In this document: piece by piece, positions 18,351 through 28,625 of the stretch
How the letters are laid out: every line of letters starts with the position of its first letter
How positions within the stretch are numbered: the stretch's first letter is position 1
Origin: an uncultured bacterium
Lineage (GTDB): Bacteria > Auribacterota > Erginobacteria > Erginobacterales > Erginobacteraceae
Direction of reading: 5' to 3'
DNA length: 64,000 nucleotides
NCBI GenBank assembly: GCA_963822585.1
Contig: CAWGIE010000019.1
Location: 384,001-448,000 of the forward strand
Notes under the pieces: model-generated
What the model was told of the DNA's origin: nothing
What the model saw: only the letters and a program-made list of their open reading frames with translations
Database searches by the model: none
Made by a program: the position numbers and the translations under genes

Positions 18351-21300
18351 TTATCGTGTCACGGGCTGATCGCCGTCCCGGCCGAAGTATTCCCGCAGAA
18401 TACCCTTGACCGCCCAGAGTCCGTTCGATTCCCGGAAGATTCCCGGATCGTCAATATCGTCACCGTCATAATCCCCCGGGACCGGGATATCGGCCGAACC
18501 GCCGAAGTAGACTCTCTCTCCTCCTCTGATCGCCCACATCTTCGTTGACGGACGGAAGAGTGCCGGGGTCCGGTTTCCCTCGCCGTAATAGTCGCCCGGA
18601 ACCGGAAGATCGCCCGCTCTACCGAAGTAATATCTCTCACCCTGCTCGAGAGCCCAGAGACCGGTATCTTCCCGGAAGACCCCCGCCTCGTCGGTGCCGT
18701 CCCCGTCATAATCTCCCGGGACCGGGAGATCCCCGGAGATGCCAAGATACTTCCTGCTCACACCCATGATCGCCCAGAGTCCGGAACGCGCCCGGAAGAT
18801 CGCCGGGTCTATAGTGCCGTCGCCGTCATAATCTCCCGGGACCGGGAGGTCGCCCGGCGCGCCGAAGTACGTCCTGATGCCGCCCAGGACCGCCCAGAGT
18901 CCGGTGGCGGCGCAGTACACCGCCGGATCGGTGGTTCCGTCACCGTTGTAGTCACCGGGGACGGGAGTATCACCGTCACCTCCGAAATAGACCCGGCTGC
19001 GGCCCCGCACCGCCCAGAGACCGGTTGAGGGACGATAGATTGCGATGTCGGATATCCCGTCACCGTCGTAATCACCGGACTGAAGAACCGGTTGACAACA
19101 TGGAGGCGGGGTCGGTGTGCTGATCAACACCGCCGCGGTCGGTGTCGCGATGGGGCCGGGGGGCGGGGTCGGGAGCGGACCATCCCCATACTCGATCACC
19201 AACCGCGGGCGGCGAGAGGCAATACCGCAATCACGGCTGTGAAAATAATGGTAGGTCCACTGGCCTTCCAGCGCCCGTAAAAGCAGGCCGTGATTCGGGA
19301 CTCCGTTCTCCACCCAGTCCTTCGCCACGGCGGTCACGTCCATGCTCAGCCATCCGGGCTCCAGGGACGCCGGGAGCGTCGCCCGGGCCACGATACCGTT
19401 GGGTCCCCGTCCGTAATCGGTGACGGTATCGTAATCTCCTCCCGGCGACTGCCAGGGAGTGGAACCGTCGCTTGTGTACCAGGTGGCTCCGTCGGGAAGG
19501 TACCAGTCGCCTGGCCAGAAGTCGTCGCCGAAGCCCTCCGCCCAATTTCCCGTAACCCGGTAGAGGGCGAGGGGCATATCCCCGGCCGCGTCACCCCCAT
19601 ACCGGTAGAGTTCCACCCGGGCGGTACTGACCGTTATCCCCCCTGGAAGAGCTGAGATATCCCAGTACAGCAGCGTCCGGCGCAACTCATCTCCGTCCCC
19701 GTAAAATATTTCCAGTGTCTCGTAAGCCCCCAGGTTGGCGTTCTCGTTCCCGTCCGCTGCCACTATCACGTCCGCCGTTCCCGCGTAGGATGCGTCGGGA
19801 GACACCCCCTCCTGGAAGACTATCTCCCCCGTGAGCAGGGACGTTGTCGGCGTGGGAATCGCCGGGTGAGGTGTGGGAGAGAGGGCGTGATGAGGAGTCG
19901 GGGTCGCGGATGGCGGGGATGATGGCGGTTCCGTCGGAGTCATTACCGCCGGGGGACAGGTTGGTGTCGGCGTATCCGCTTGAGAGGGCGTCACGGAGGA
20001 AACCGGTATCGGGGTGGCGGCGGCGGGAGGTGTGGGCGTTCTTTCCGGTGTCGGGGGAGGTGTAGGGACATGCGCGGCCGGTGTCGGTGAAGGGAGGGGA
20101 AGGTGCGCCGTCGCTGTGGCAATAGGTGTCGGCGCCGGGATAATAGAGTCGTACTCATCGGCCCCGATATCAGGCGATCCGTCATTGATCGCACGACAGT
20201 CGAAGTCGGAGAGATGGTCCGGTGTCGATGTCCCGGCGTTAACCGGAGGAAGGCTGCCGGAAATAAGATGGAGATCCCCGCCGGCGGCATCGATAAAATA
20301 TCCGGTCTGCGCACCGGTGAAGTTCGTAACCTGGTCGGGGTTATTGGGCTCGAAACGGTCGGTATAGAAATCCTCGTCGGTCAGATTGTTCATCAGCAGG
20401 CAGTTGGAAGACGACGCGTACTGCACCTCGATCGAGTAGGGCCAGTTTCCGGGCGAGTAGACGGTGTTGTTGATCACCTTCGCCCCGGGCGCTTTTGAGA
20501 TGCAGATTCCGAAGTCGGAGTTCTCGTACCCCTTGACGAAATTGTTCCTGATGATGCCCCCGGTGTGGCTGGGGGCCGGGTCGAAGGAGTTGCCGAACGA
20601 TATCCCCATGTCGCAGTCGATGACCCGGTTCCGCTCCACGATCGTGCCCGACGATCCTTTCCAGCACAATATGGCCGCACCGGCCAGGTTCCCCCCCGGC
20701 CCCGCCTTGATATTCCTGATCGTGTTGTCCCGGATGATCCAGTTATGGGAGTTCAGAATATCGATCCCGTTGGTATAATCCCCCTGGGCCAGGGTGGTGG
20801 TGTACTCAAAGGTTGAGCACTCGATCACTCCATCGTTTTTGGGCCCGGTGTCGAGGCCGCCGCTGGACTTGAAGAGCTGCTCGCCGCAGTCAACCACCCG
20901 GATGTTATGAAAGAGAAAACCCGACGGCGACGAGGAAGGATCGATGAAGACCCCGTGGTACTGAACGTCCCGGACGGTGAGATCGGCCAGCGTGACCCCG
21001 CCGGCGTTGATGTAGACCCCGAAATAGCTCTCCCCCGAGGCCATCCCCTCCCCCCGGATCACCACGTCGTCCCGGTCGCCGGTGGCGGAACGGAGGGTGA
21101 TATCCGGCCGGTCGATCACGATCCCGTTTCCGCTGATCGGGTAATCGCCGCTGTTCAGGTAGATGGTCGTCGGCCCGGACGCGCCGGCGACGGCGTCCTC
21201 CAGCCCCGCGGTCGTGCTGACGTACACCACGGCTTCTCCCAGGGGCGGCGGCGGTAGGGGCCCGCAGTCGCAGTCGTCTCCGGGCATGGCCGTGGGCGCG

Positions 21301-23584
21301 GACGCCGGTGTCGGCGTCCCGGAAATCGGAGGAGGCGTGGGGGTTCTCACCGGCACGGCGGCCGTCGCACTGGGCGTCGGCGCGCCGATGGGATTCCCGT
21401 TCCAGCCGGCCAGGCGGCCCAGCAGCCACCAGAGAGCGCGCCCCTTGAGGACGCAATTAATCCGGGCCTTGTTTCCGGGCCCCTCGCAGTGGGCGCAGCT
21501 GGAGCATCCGTCGTATCCGGCCACGGTGTTGCCGGTAGTGAGGCGTTCCAGCTCCGAACCGACGTTGGCGTCGATCCACTCCTCTCCCCAGTTGGCGGTC
21601 CGTCCCGGGTTGTAATCCAGGTTGTCCCACATCGGGCGATCGTAATAATAGGCGCCGTCGGGGTCGTAATTCTCGATGTCGGCGAAATCAAAGAGAATCC
21701 GGTTGCGGGTGAGGCAGTGCTGCCTGATCTGCTCGTTGGCGGTGTGGATGAATCCGCCTTCTCCCTGCCCTTCGGCATGGCCGGTCATGAAGACGAAATG
21801 GATACCCGGATATTCGGAGATCAGTATCTCCATGTTATCGAGATACCGCTGGATGTTGTGGCCGTTGATGCTGCACCAGGACCAGATGATCACGTTCAGG
21901 TGAGCGTTGGCGGGGTTGTTCAGCAGGTTGCGGGTCGCTGTCACCCAGGGGGTGACGCCGTTGCCGTCGATGTAGTCTCCCTCGCTCAGGTCGGCGCAGC
22001 CGGGAATGCCGTAGTCGTCGAAGTCGAGACCGGAGGAACCGTTGTCCGACCACGCGTATCTCGTCCCGAAGGGGGGATAGTTCTCCAGGGTGTTCAGCCC
22101 GGTTACCAGCTGGCTGCCGTGAGACGTATGCTGATAGGCCACGTGAAGACTATTTTTCGCCTCATCAATCCAGTTATCAGGGATCAGGGACGGATCGGTA
22201 CAGTCGTGACCGACGATGATCGCCCCGGTCGGCGGTGGAGGAGGCGTCGCGACGGGTGTGGGCGGCACGGGAGAGGGCGTACTAACCGCCGGGGGAAGCG
22301 TGGGAGTGGGCGGAGGTGTCGATGCCCCGTCACCGCGCACCTTCCAGACGTGGACGATGGGCTTGTCGTCGTCGACCAGCGGCTCGAAGACATAGAGGAG
22401 TCCCCGCTCCCGATCGAAGGTGATTGCCTTCACATGATCGTACATCTGGGGGGAATAGATGTGATAGAGGACGCTGTCTATATTCATCACCGCGTACGGC
22501 TGCGGCTCGTACGGTTCCATCTCCCCCCGCGCCACCGCCGCCAGATCCGCCGGATCGAAAAAGACGATCTCCCCGTCGAAGTACGTCGACCACCATCCCC
22601 GGTTTTCGCATTCCAGGCAGGGACCGGCCGGGTTGCCGTACCAGCAGTCGCCCCGACCCTTCGTCCCCGCGAAGATAACCGCCGAGTTCCCCCCCGCCGT
22701 CAGCCAGGCCGCTCCCGGCCACATGTCGGAGTGCTGATACCGGTCCATTGTGTACGCCCCCCCGTGGGGATCGTCCCAGTAGGCGGTCGAGTACTGCAGG
22801 ACGGGGATGGCGTTGAGCACCGCGTTCGCCGGGGGCGGGTTCCCCTGCTGCCAGGGAGCGATCAGGTAGATGCAGGGCCCCTGGCCCCCCTGGCCCCCGT
22901 CCCTCATCCTCCCCGTCGCCAGGCATCGGCCGCCGGTGTAGGTGTCCGCCCAGCCCTGAGGTACCGAGAAGAGGTAGTCGGTCGTGCTGTAGGTGTCGTA
23001 CTGCCCGATGTACCAGGGACCCGCCGGGTTGGGCGCCGAGAGGTCCAGGCTGCACCACCCATGGGTGGGGTAATGGGGATCGATCTGGAGATGTTGATGC
23101 CAGCCGAAATACAGTCTCCCCCCCGTTCGGCCGCTCCCGGCGGGAAGGTACTCCAGACCGCAGTAGGGTATCTCGAACCCGGGGAAGAGACCTTGCCGGA
23201 TGTCCGCGAACGGCTGCAGGGTGGAGGCGGTGTTCAGATCGGAGAGACTCTTGCCCGGCGAGATGACCGGGACCGGGATGCTGATCTCGGAGACGCGCTG
23301 ATACCAGTCATGTCCGGTTCCGTAGAGCGAGCCGGGGTAACCGTCGGCGGGACCGCCCGGGTCTCCCCCCGGGTAATAGGCCAGCGCGTTGCCCCCCCAG
23401 GCCCAGCCCGTCTCGTCACCCGGGCCCGGGAGACGGAACGCGCCCCGGTACTCGAGATCAGAGGGGTAGATGCGGCCGGCCAAAGCGCCCCCGTCCGGGA
23501 AGAGGACGAAACAGAATGCAGCGACTACGAGGGAAAGAGGGGGGACCGCGCAGGGAACGGCCGACTGTTCGCCATCGCCTTCAT
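18351..23584 (-). CDS. Large secreted multidomain protein (propeller-like, HTSHGSQ domain, right-handed beta-helix, DNRLRE-like domain, six repeats ending PVTR); frameshifted in the signal peptide
   Basis: Main ORF 18351-23483. GAGGAGG + ATG at 23584 is out of frame, and adding one base to the 6-nt C run (plus-strand G 23539-23544) gives MKAMANSRPFPARSPPLSLVVAAFCFVLFPDGGALAGRIY. Contains beta-helix repeats (IIRDNTIRNI, IVERNRVID, IIRNNFV), a DNRLRE-like region (RRTLLYWDISALP...NHGLLL...RPRLVIEY) and long PT linkers. Confidence 0.82.
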
Positions 23585-23723
23585 CTGAACCTCCTCAAGC
23601 CAGCCAGGTCGCGTAATTACTATACCATATGAAGCCACCCCTGGCAATCCTGCTTGAGGAACGGTTCTTCATCCCCGTATCGAATGAGCTTAAAACTTGG
23701 CTGGGTAACCTAGCCGATTTTTC

Positions 23724-23767
23724 CGCATTAGACATTTTGTTTCGATCGAAACAAAATGCCTAATGCG
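23724..23767. repeat. 44-bp near-perfect palindrome
   Basis: CGCATTAGACATTTTGTTTCGA|TCGAAACAAAATGCCTAATGCG; one mismatch, no loop. Confidence 0.85.
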
Positions 23768-23861
23768 TTTTCGAAACGATCTCCGGGAAAGCGGCGACGG
23801 GGAGAGACTGGTATCCGTCTGAGCCGGGAGCAGTCATCGCCGTTATGATCGATGTTTCGCC

Positions 23862-24830
23862 TCAGTGACGCCGGCCGCGGGTGGGCAAAAAGGGGTTGCT
23901 TCCCCCGGGCTCACGGGAATCCGGGACATATTTCCTGGCGGAGACCAGGACCGTCTCCCCGTCATCGAGGCCTGATACAACTTCGATATTGGTGCCGTCG
24001 GAAAGACCGGTCACGATCCTCCGCTTCTCCGGGCGTTCGTCCGTACCCCGGCCCACCAGGACAAAGCTTTCCCCCTGCCTTTTTTTGACCGCCGGCTCGG
24101 GGATCAGGAGAACGTTCTTTCTTTCCTCCTTGATAATCTCCACGTTGGCGCTCATCCCGGAACGAAAGTTTTCCGGAATTTTCTCGGGGAGGATCTCAAC
24201 CTCGTAGATGGTGACGTTGTTCACCACTTTCGATTCATACGCGATATGGTCCACCACGCTTTTGATCCTGGTCTCCGGGTAGGCGTCCAGGCTGACGATG
24301 GCGGGCTGCCCCACCTTTATCCCACCGATATCGGTCTCGTCTACCTGGGCGGTGACGATCAGGCGGTCCGAAAGAACCAGGACCGGATCGGATGTAGTGA
24401 CCGTCTGTCCGGGTTCGACGGCGCGAACGATCACTTCTCCGTCGATCGGGGCGATCAGAGGACTGGCTTTGTAGGCCTCCTCCCAGTACGCAACGGCTTC
24501 TTTTCCCTGCTTCCGCGCGGCATCGAGCAACGTCGCCCGATCGGTCGAGCTTAACAGGGCCAGTTCCTGTCCCGCCTTCACCCGATCGCCTTCCTTAACC
24601 ATGATCTGCTCCACCCGGCCGCTGACCGTCGGTTTGATCTCCAGCCTGTTCTGGGGCTCGACCACACCCGTGGTGGAGATGGAGATCACGATATCGCCTC
24701 TGGTCACCGGGACTGCTTGGACCGTTTCTTCCGTAGCGGCATTAGAAAAGACATAGCGGTAGACAACGACCGCGATCACGCCTATCCCCACAAAGGCCAA
24801 AAGCATGAATATTTTCTTCTTTTTTTTCAT
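23862..24830 (-). CDS. MacA-like efflux periplasmic adaptor (membrane fusion protein)
   Basis: N-terminal TM, VSGRVEQIMVKEGDRVKAGQ, APIDGEVI, VDETDIGGIKVGQ, RSGMSANVEI, GLSDG...EVVSGL. Confidence 0.9.
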   Translation of the reverse strand: MKKKKKIFMLLAFVGIGVIAVVVYRYVFSNAATEETVQAVPVTRGDIVISISTTGVVEPQNRLEIKPTVSGRVEQIMVKEGDRVKAGQELALLSSTDRATLLDAARKQGKEAVAYWEEAYKASPLIAPIDGEVIVRAVEPGQTVTTSDPVLVLSDRLIVTAQVDETDIGGIKVGQPAIVSLDAYPETRIKSVVDHIAYESKVVNNVTIYEVEILPEKIPENFRSGMSANVEIIKEERKNVLLIPEPAVKKRQGESFVLVGRGTDERPEKRRIVTGLSDGTNIEVVSGLDDGETVLVSARKYVPDSREPGGSNPFLPTRGRRH

Positions 24831-24879
24831 CCGTCAACGGTCTCCTTTAACTCGATATATGCCTGTCTAATGGCAGACA

Positions 24880-26175
24880 TCAATCGGGGTGGACTTGAAC
24901 GACGCCGGAGCCGAGAGGTATACCTTGCGCGTTCAGCCACCGGGCCCGGGCTTCCAGGACGGCGGCCTGGGCTGCCAGATAGGTCCCCTTGGTCCGGACC
25001 AGGTTATCCTCGATGATAATCCAGTTATCGAAGGAGAGCAGCCCATTGCCATATTGGGCTTCGGCAATCCGGGCCCGCTCCTGGTCCGCGTCCAGGTACA
25101 TCTTCTGGACCGTCAGACGCTCGACCGCGTCTTTGAGATCTTTCCAGCGTTCCCGGAGTGTATAGAGGACGGTGTCCAGCTCGCTCCGCTCCTTCTCGGC
25201 GGCCTCCCGCAGGGCGGCCGTGGCCCGGGTCTTCTCCTCGATCCGCTCCCCGCCCTGGAAGAGCGGCAGCGACAGTCCGATCCCCAGAGACCAGGATTCC
25301 GAGGAGGGCGGCCACTCGGAATCACTGCGTCCGATCCGGGCGGTTCCGAAAACCTCGGGAAAGAATTGGGACCAGGCTGATTTCACCGCGTACTCCGCTG
25401 CCTCTTTGCGGGCGGTCATCATCAGCACCGAGGGATGAATGGCGGCCATCTGGTTCAGATCCGGTTCCGGCGGAACGGCCACCGGCTCTCCCAGGTCGCC
25501 CTCCGCCCGATAGGGCAAAACATCGGTGAACCCCATCTCTTTTATCAGCTGCTGCCGGGCCAGAATGATGTCCCGTAAGGCCTGCTCGTTGTCAAACTTG
25601 GCCTGGGCGAAGTTGGCCTGGGCGGTCATCAACGACCCTTTGTGCTCCCGGCCGGCATCGTAACGAAGCCTGACTATCTCCAGCTGCTGGCCCCGGCGGC
25701 TGATAATGTCGCGGGAGATTATTAACGCCTCCTGGGATCTCAGCAACTCAATGAAGGCAGTGGCCAGATCCAGACCTATCGCCGAGGAGGTCACATCATA
25801 ACTATACAACGACGAGATAAAGTCCCGGTCGGACTGATCAAGATTATACCAGCTTTTCAAACCGTCGAAAAGAAGCTGACGGGCGTTCAGGGAATACCCG
25901 TAGGAATCCCCCGGATCCTCGCCGGACGATTTGGAGCGGGAGGCGTTGAGATCGAAGCCGACGGAGGGAAGGAGATTGCCCCTTACTTTGAGCTTCGTCG
26001 CGTAAGCTTGTTCCACGGAGGCCGCCGCCGCCTTGAGATCGGGATTATGCTCCCGGGCGTTTGCCACGCAGTCCGCCCAGCTGAGTGGAACTTCCTCCTC
26101 CGCGATCAGGAGGGACGGAAAGGCGGCAATCAGGAGCAGCGGAAGCATCATCAGCGTTTCCCGTGCGGTCATCAT
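24880..26175 (-). CDS. TolC-family outer membrane efflux protein
   Basis: Signal peptide, HNPDLKAA, QLLFDG, HPSV, LSLPLFQGG, twofold helical repeat. Confidence 0.9.
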   Translation of the reverse strand: MMTARETLMMLPLLLIAAFPSLLIAEEEVPLSWADCVANAREHNPDLKAAAASVEQAYATKLKVRGNLLPSVGFDLNASRSKSSGEDPGDSYGYSLNARQLLFDGLKSWYNLDQSDRDFISSLYSYDVTSSAIGLDLATAFIELLRSQEALIISRDIISRRGQQLEIVRLRYDAGREHKGSLMTAQANFAQAKFDNEQALRDIILARQQLIKEMGFTDVLPYRAEGDLGEPVAVPPEPDLNQMAAIHPSVLMMTARKEAAEYAVKSAWSQFFPEVFGTARIGRSDSEWPPSSESWSLGIGLSLPLFQGGERIEEKTRATAALREAAEKERSELDTVLYTLRERWKDLKDAVERLTVQKMYLDADQERARIAEAQYGNGLLSFDNWIIIEDNLVRTKGTYLAAQAAVLEARARWLNAQGIPLGSGVVQVHPD

Positions 26176-26349
26176 ATTATTCTCCGGGTACCGGACATAC
26201 CTGATCTCCTTCCTCTCCGGTCCGGGTTCCGTTTTCTTCGCCTTGCCGGCAATCAGTCAGAGAGACATGATAATTATTCCATCCGTTCTTCCATTTCTCT
26301 GCTTAAGTCACATACCAACCGGAAATAATTACGAATAGAATATAAATAA

Positions 26350-26400
26350 TACTTGACTTCAAGTAAATAATAAAATACTTATTTAAAATAATTATTTTAA
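26350..26400. promoter_or_regulatory. Two palindromic operator candidates in the divergent tolC/tetR promoter
   Basis: TACTTGA-CT-TCAAGTA (26350-26365, contains a TTGACT -35-like hexamer) and the perfect 18-bp TTAAAATAATTATTTTAA (26383-26400). Confidence 0.6.
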
Positions 26401-26440
26401 TTCCTCGTTTCATTCATGTCACCCGGAATATGCAGTAACC

Positions 26441-27103
26441 ATGAAAACAAGCACCCGGAAAAGGATTCTCGAGGCTGCCTGCCGTCTTTTTGCCGCCAAT
26501 GGATACCACGGCACCACGGTTGCCGGCATCTGCCGGACAGCAAAGACCAATATCGCGTCGGTTAATTACTACTTCGGCAGCAAAGCGGCTCTTTACGAAG
26601 CCGCCTGGGAGCACGCGGAAGCCGTCGCCAATGATAAATACGGGATCATCGATCCCGGGGTAAGCCCGGCACGGTACCTGCGGGAGCATATCCGCCGGCT
26701 GGTCCTGATGATCTTCGATGAAGGTCCCGCAGGCTTTTTACCCCGCCTGGTGAGACAAGACATCAACACGGAAGATGAGCGGATTGAAAGGTTGCTCACC
26801 CGGTTCATTCTTCCCCGGGTCCGGCGGTTGGAGGAGGCGGTGGGCTCCCTCCTCGGGCTGGATCCGGAATGTTTCGAGGTACGCGTGGCTTCCAACCACA
26901 TTCAAAGCATGTGCGTGTTTCTCAATATCGGCACACGGGCACGGCGGCGAATCTTTGCCGGGAAAACTCCGGAGAGCGCGGAAGTGGAACTGCTGATCGG
27001 AAGCCTGCAGAAGTTCACGGAAGGAGGGATCAGGAGGATCGCGCATACCCTGAAGATAGCCGGCCGGGGGAAGAGGGCGAGGACCCCGGGTAAAGATGGA
27101 TGA
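26441..27103 (+). CDS. TetR-family regulator (CerR/YbiH-like C-terminus)
   Basis: TRKRILEAACRLFAANGYHGTTVAGIC..A.TNIASVNYYFGSKAALY HTH. Confidence 0.92.
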   Translation: MKTSTRKRILEAACRLFAANGYHGTTVAGICRTAKTNIASVNYYFGSKAALYEAAWEHAEAVANDKYGIIDPGVSPARYLREHIRRLVLMIFDEGPAGFLPRLVRQDINTEDERIERLLTRFILPRVRRLEEAVGSLLGLDPECFEVRVASNHIQSMCVFLNIGTRARRRIFAGKTPESAEVELLIGSLQKFTEGGIRRIAHTLKIAGRGKRARTPGKDG

Positions 27104-28503
27104 GAAGAAGTATCGACAGAGCCGGATCCTGCCGGACGCTCGTGCTGGTGCTGACGGCGGTCTTGCCGCTTTCCTGCTCCTTCCTCCCGGAACGGGAGGG
27201 GCCGCTGGAACCGGAGATCCCGGAGAAATGGGGAGAAGAGACCGGAATGCCGTCTCCCCATAAACTCTGGTGGGAAGACTTTGGAAGCACCGAACTTAAC
27301 CGGCTGGTCATGGAAGCTTTTGGCGGAAGTTTCGATCTCCGCCAAGCCGAAGCCCGGCTGCGCCAGGCCCGTGCCTCCGCGGTTATTGCCGGAGGAAATC
27401 TTTACCCGGAAGTCAACCTGGAAGCGGCCGGCGGCGCTACCCGGGCCCGAACCGGAAATTCTGATAATCGGGTAACTTCCACCACGGAAAATTACTCCCT
27501 CGGATTGGCCGCCAGTTATGAGATCGATCTCTGGGGCAAGGTAAGATCAACCGCGAACGAGGCTGATACCCTGGTCCTGGCGTCCAGCGCGGATCTGGAC
27601 ACGGTCCGGATTACCCTGGCGGCGGAAGTGACGGACCGCTGGCTCTCCATCGTGGAATTAAAGTCCCAGCTGGAACTGGTTAGCGAGCAGCTGAAGTCCA
27701 ACCGGACCTATCTTGAACTTCTGCTTTTACGGCAGCGCAAAGGTCTGGCTACGGCTCTGGCGGTCTTCCAGCAGCAACAGGTTGTGGCCGGTACCGAATC
27801 CCTGATTCCCCTCCTTGATTCCCGGCTGGCTACCACCCGTTATGAATTGGCGGTTCTCCTGGGCCGTACCCCCCGCTCAAATATCGGGCTTGCCGCTGAT
27901 CGGCTCCCGGAAATCTCACCGCTCCCGGAGATCGGACTACCCGCCCGGCTCCTGGAAAATCGTCCGGATATCCGGTCCGCCTATTTCCGTCTGGAATCTT
28001 CCGACTGGGGAGTCTCCGCGGCCCGGGCCAACCGGCTCCCGGCCCTTGCGCTGACGGCCTCGGCCGGGTATAGATCGGCGGATTTTGCTGACCTCTTTGA
28101 TAACTGGTTCGCCGGTTTCGCGGGTGCCTTACTCGCGCCTTTGATTGACGGCGGCCGCCGGTCGGCCGAAGCCGACCGCGCTCTCGCCGTCTCGGAAGAG
28201 AGACTGGCTTTTTACCGGGAAACGGTCCTCAACGCCTTCAGGGAAGTTGAAGACGCCCTGGTCCGGGAAAAGAAGCAGACCGATTACATCAGCTCGCTGG
28301 GAAAACAATTGACAGCCGCGAAGAACGCGCAGTCGGAAGCGCTGCTTCGTTACCGCAAGGGGGACATCGAGTACCTCGATGTCCTGGCATCCATCACTTC
28401 GGTCCAGTCCCTGGAGAGAGAGGTACTTTCCGCGCGTAGAGATCTTTTGCTCTACCGGGTCTCGCTCTACCGCGCGCTGGGGTCGAGGTGGAATGAGGAA
28501 TAA
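27100..28503 (+). CDS. NodT/OprM-type outer membrane efflux lipoprotein
   Basis: Lipobox-like PLSC, WWEDFGS.ELNRLV, ASYEIDLWG, LPARLLENRPDI, FREVEDAL, LYRALG. Confidence 0.93.
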   Translation: MRRSIDRAGSCRTLVLVLTAVLPLSCSFLPEREGPLEPEIPEKWGEETGMPSPHKLWWEDFGSTELNRLVMEAFGGSFDLRQAEARLRQARASAVIAGGNLYPEVNLEAAGGATRARTGNSDNRVTSTTENYSLGLAASYEIDLWGKVRSTANEADTLVLASSADLDTVRITLAAEVTDRWLSIVELKSQLELVSEQLKSNRTYLELLLLRQRKGLATALAVFQQQQVVAGTESLIPLLDSRLATTRYELAVLLGRTPRSNIGLAADRLPEISPLPEIGLPARLLENRPDIRSAYFRLESSDWGVSAARANRLPALALTASAGYRSADFADLFDNWFAGFAGALLAPLIDGGRRSAEADRALAVSEERLAFYRETVLNAFREVEDALVREKKQTDYISSLGKQLTAAKNAQSEALLRYRKGDIEYLDVLASITSVQSLEREVLSARRDLLLYRVSLYRALGSRWNEE

Positions 28504-28625
28504 TTTAAAGATGAGGTGTTTATAATTTTGGTTCTTTTCCATTTTGTGTGGGTTGATGCTGATATGATAATTAATATTTCATGAAAAACTTATAGAATGA
28601 CAGAGAACCAAAGATGATATTTTAG

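Noticed and set aside
16850..23480. Near-identical duplicated segment as a diversity-generating retroelement TR/VR pair
   Set aside because: No reverse transcriptase in the window, both copies are coding, and the differences do not look confined to adenines.
21489..23588. 699-aa plus-strand ORF, and similar long antisense ORFs (42270-43706, 46082-47476, 37177-38172)
   Set aside because: Shadow ORFs opposite well-supported genes in GC-rich DNA, with no recognisable motifs.
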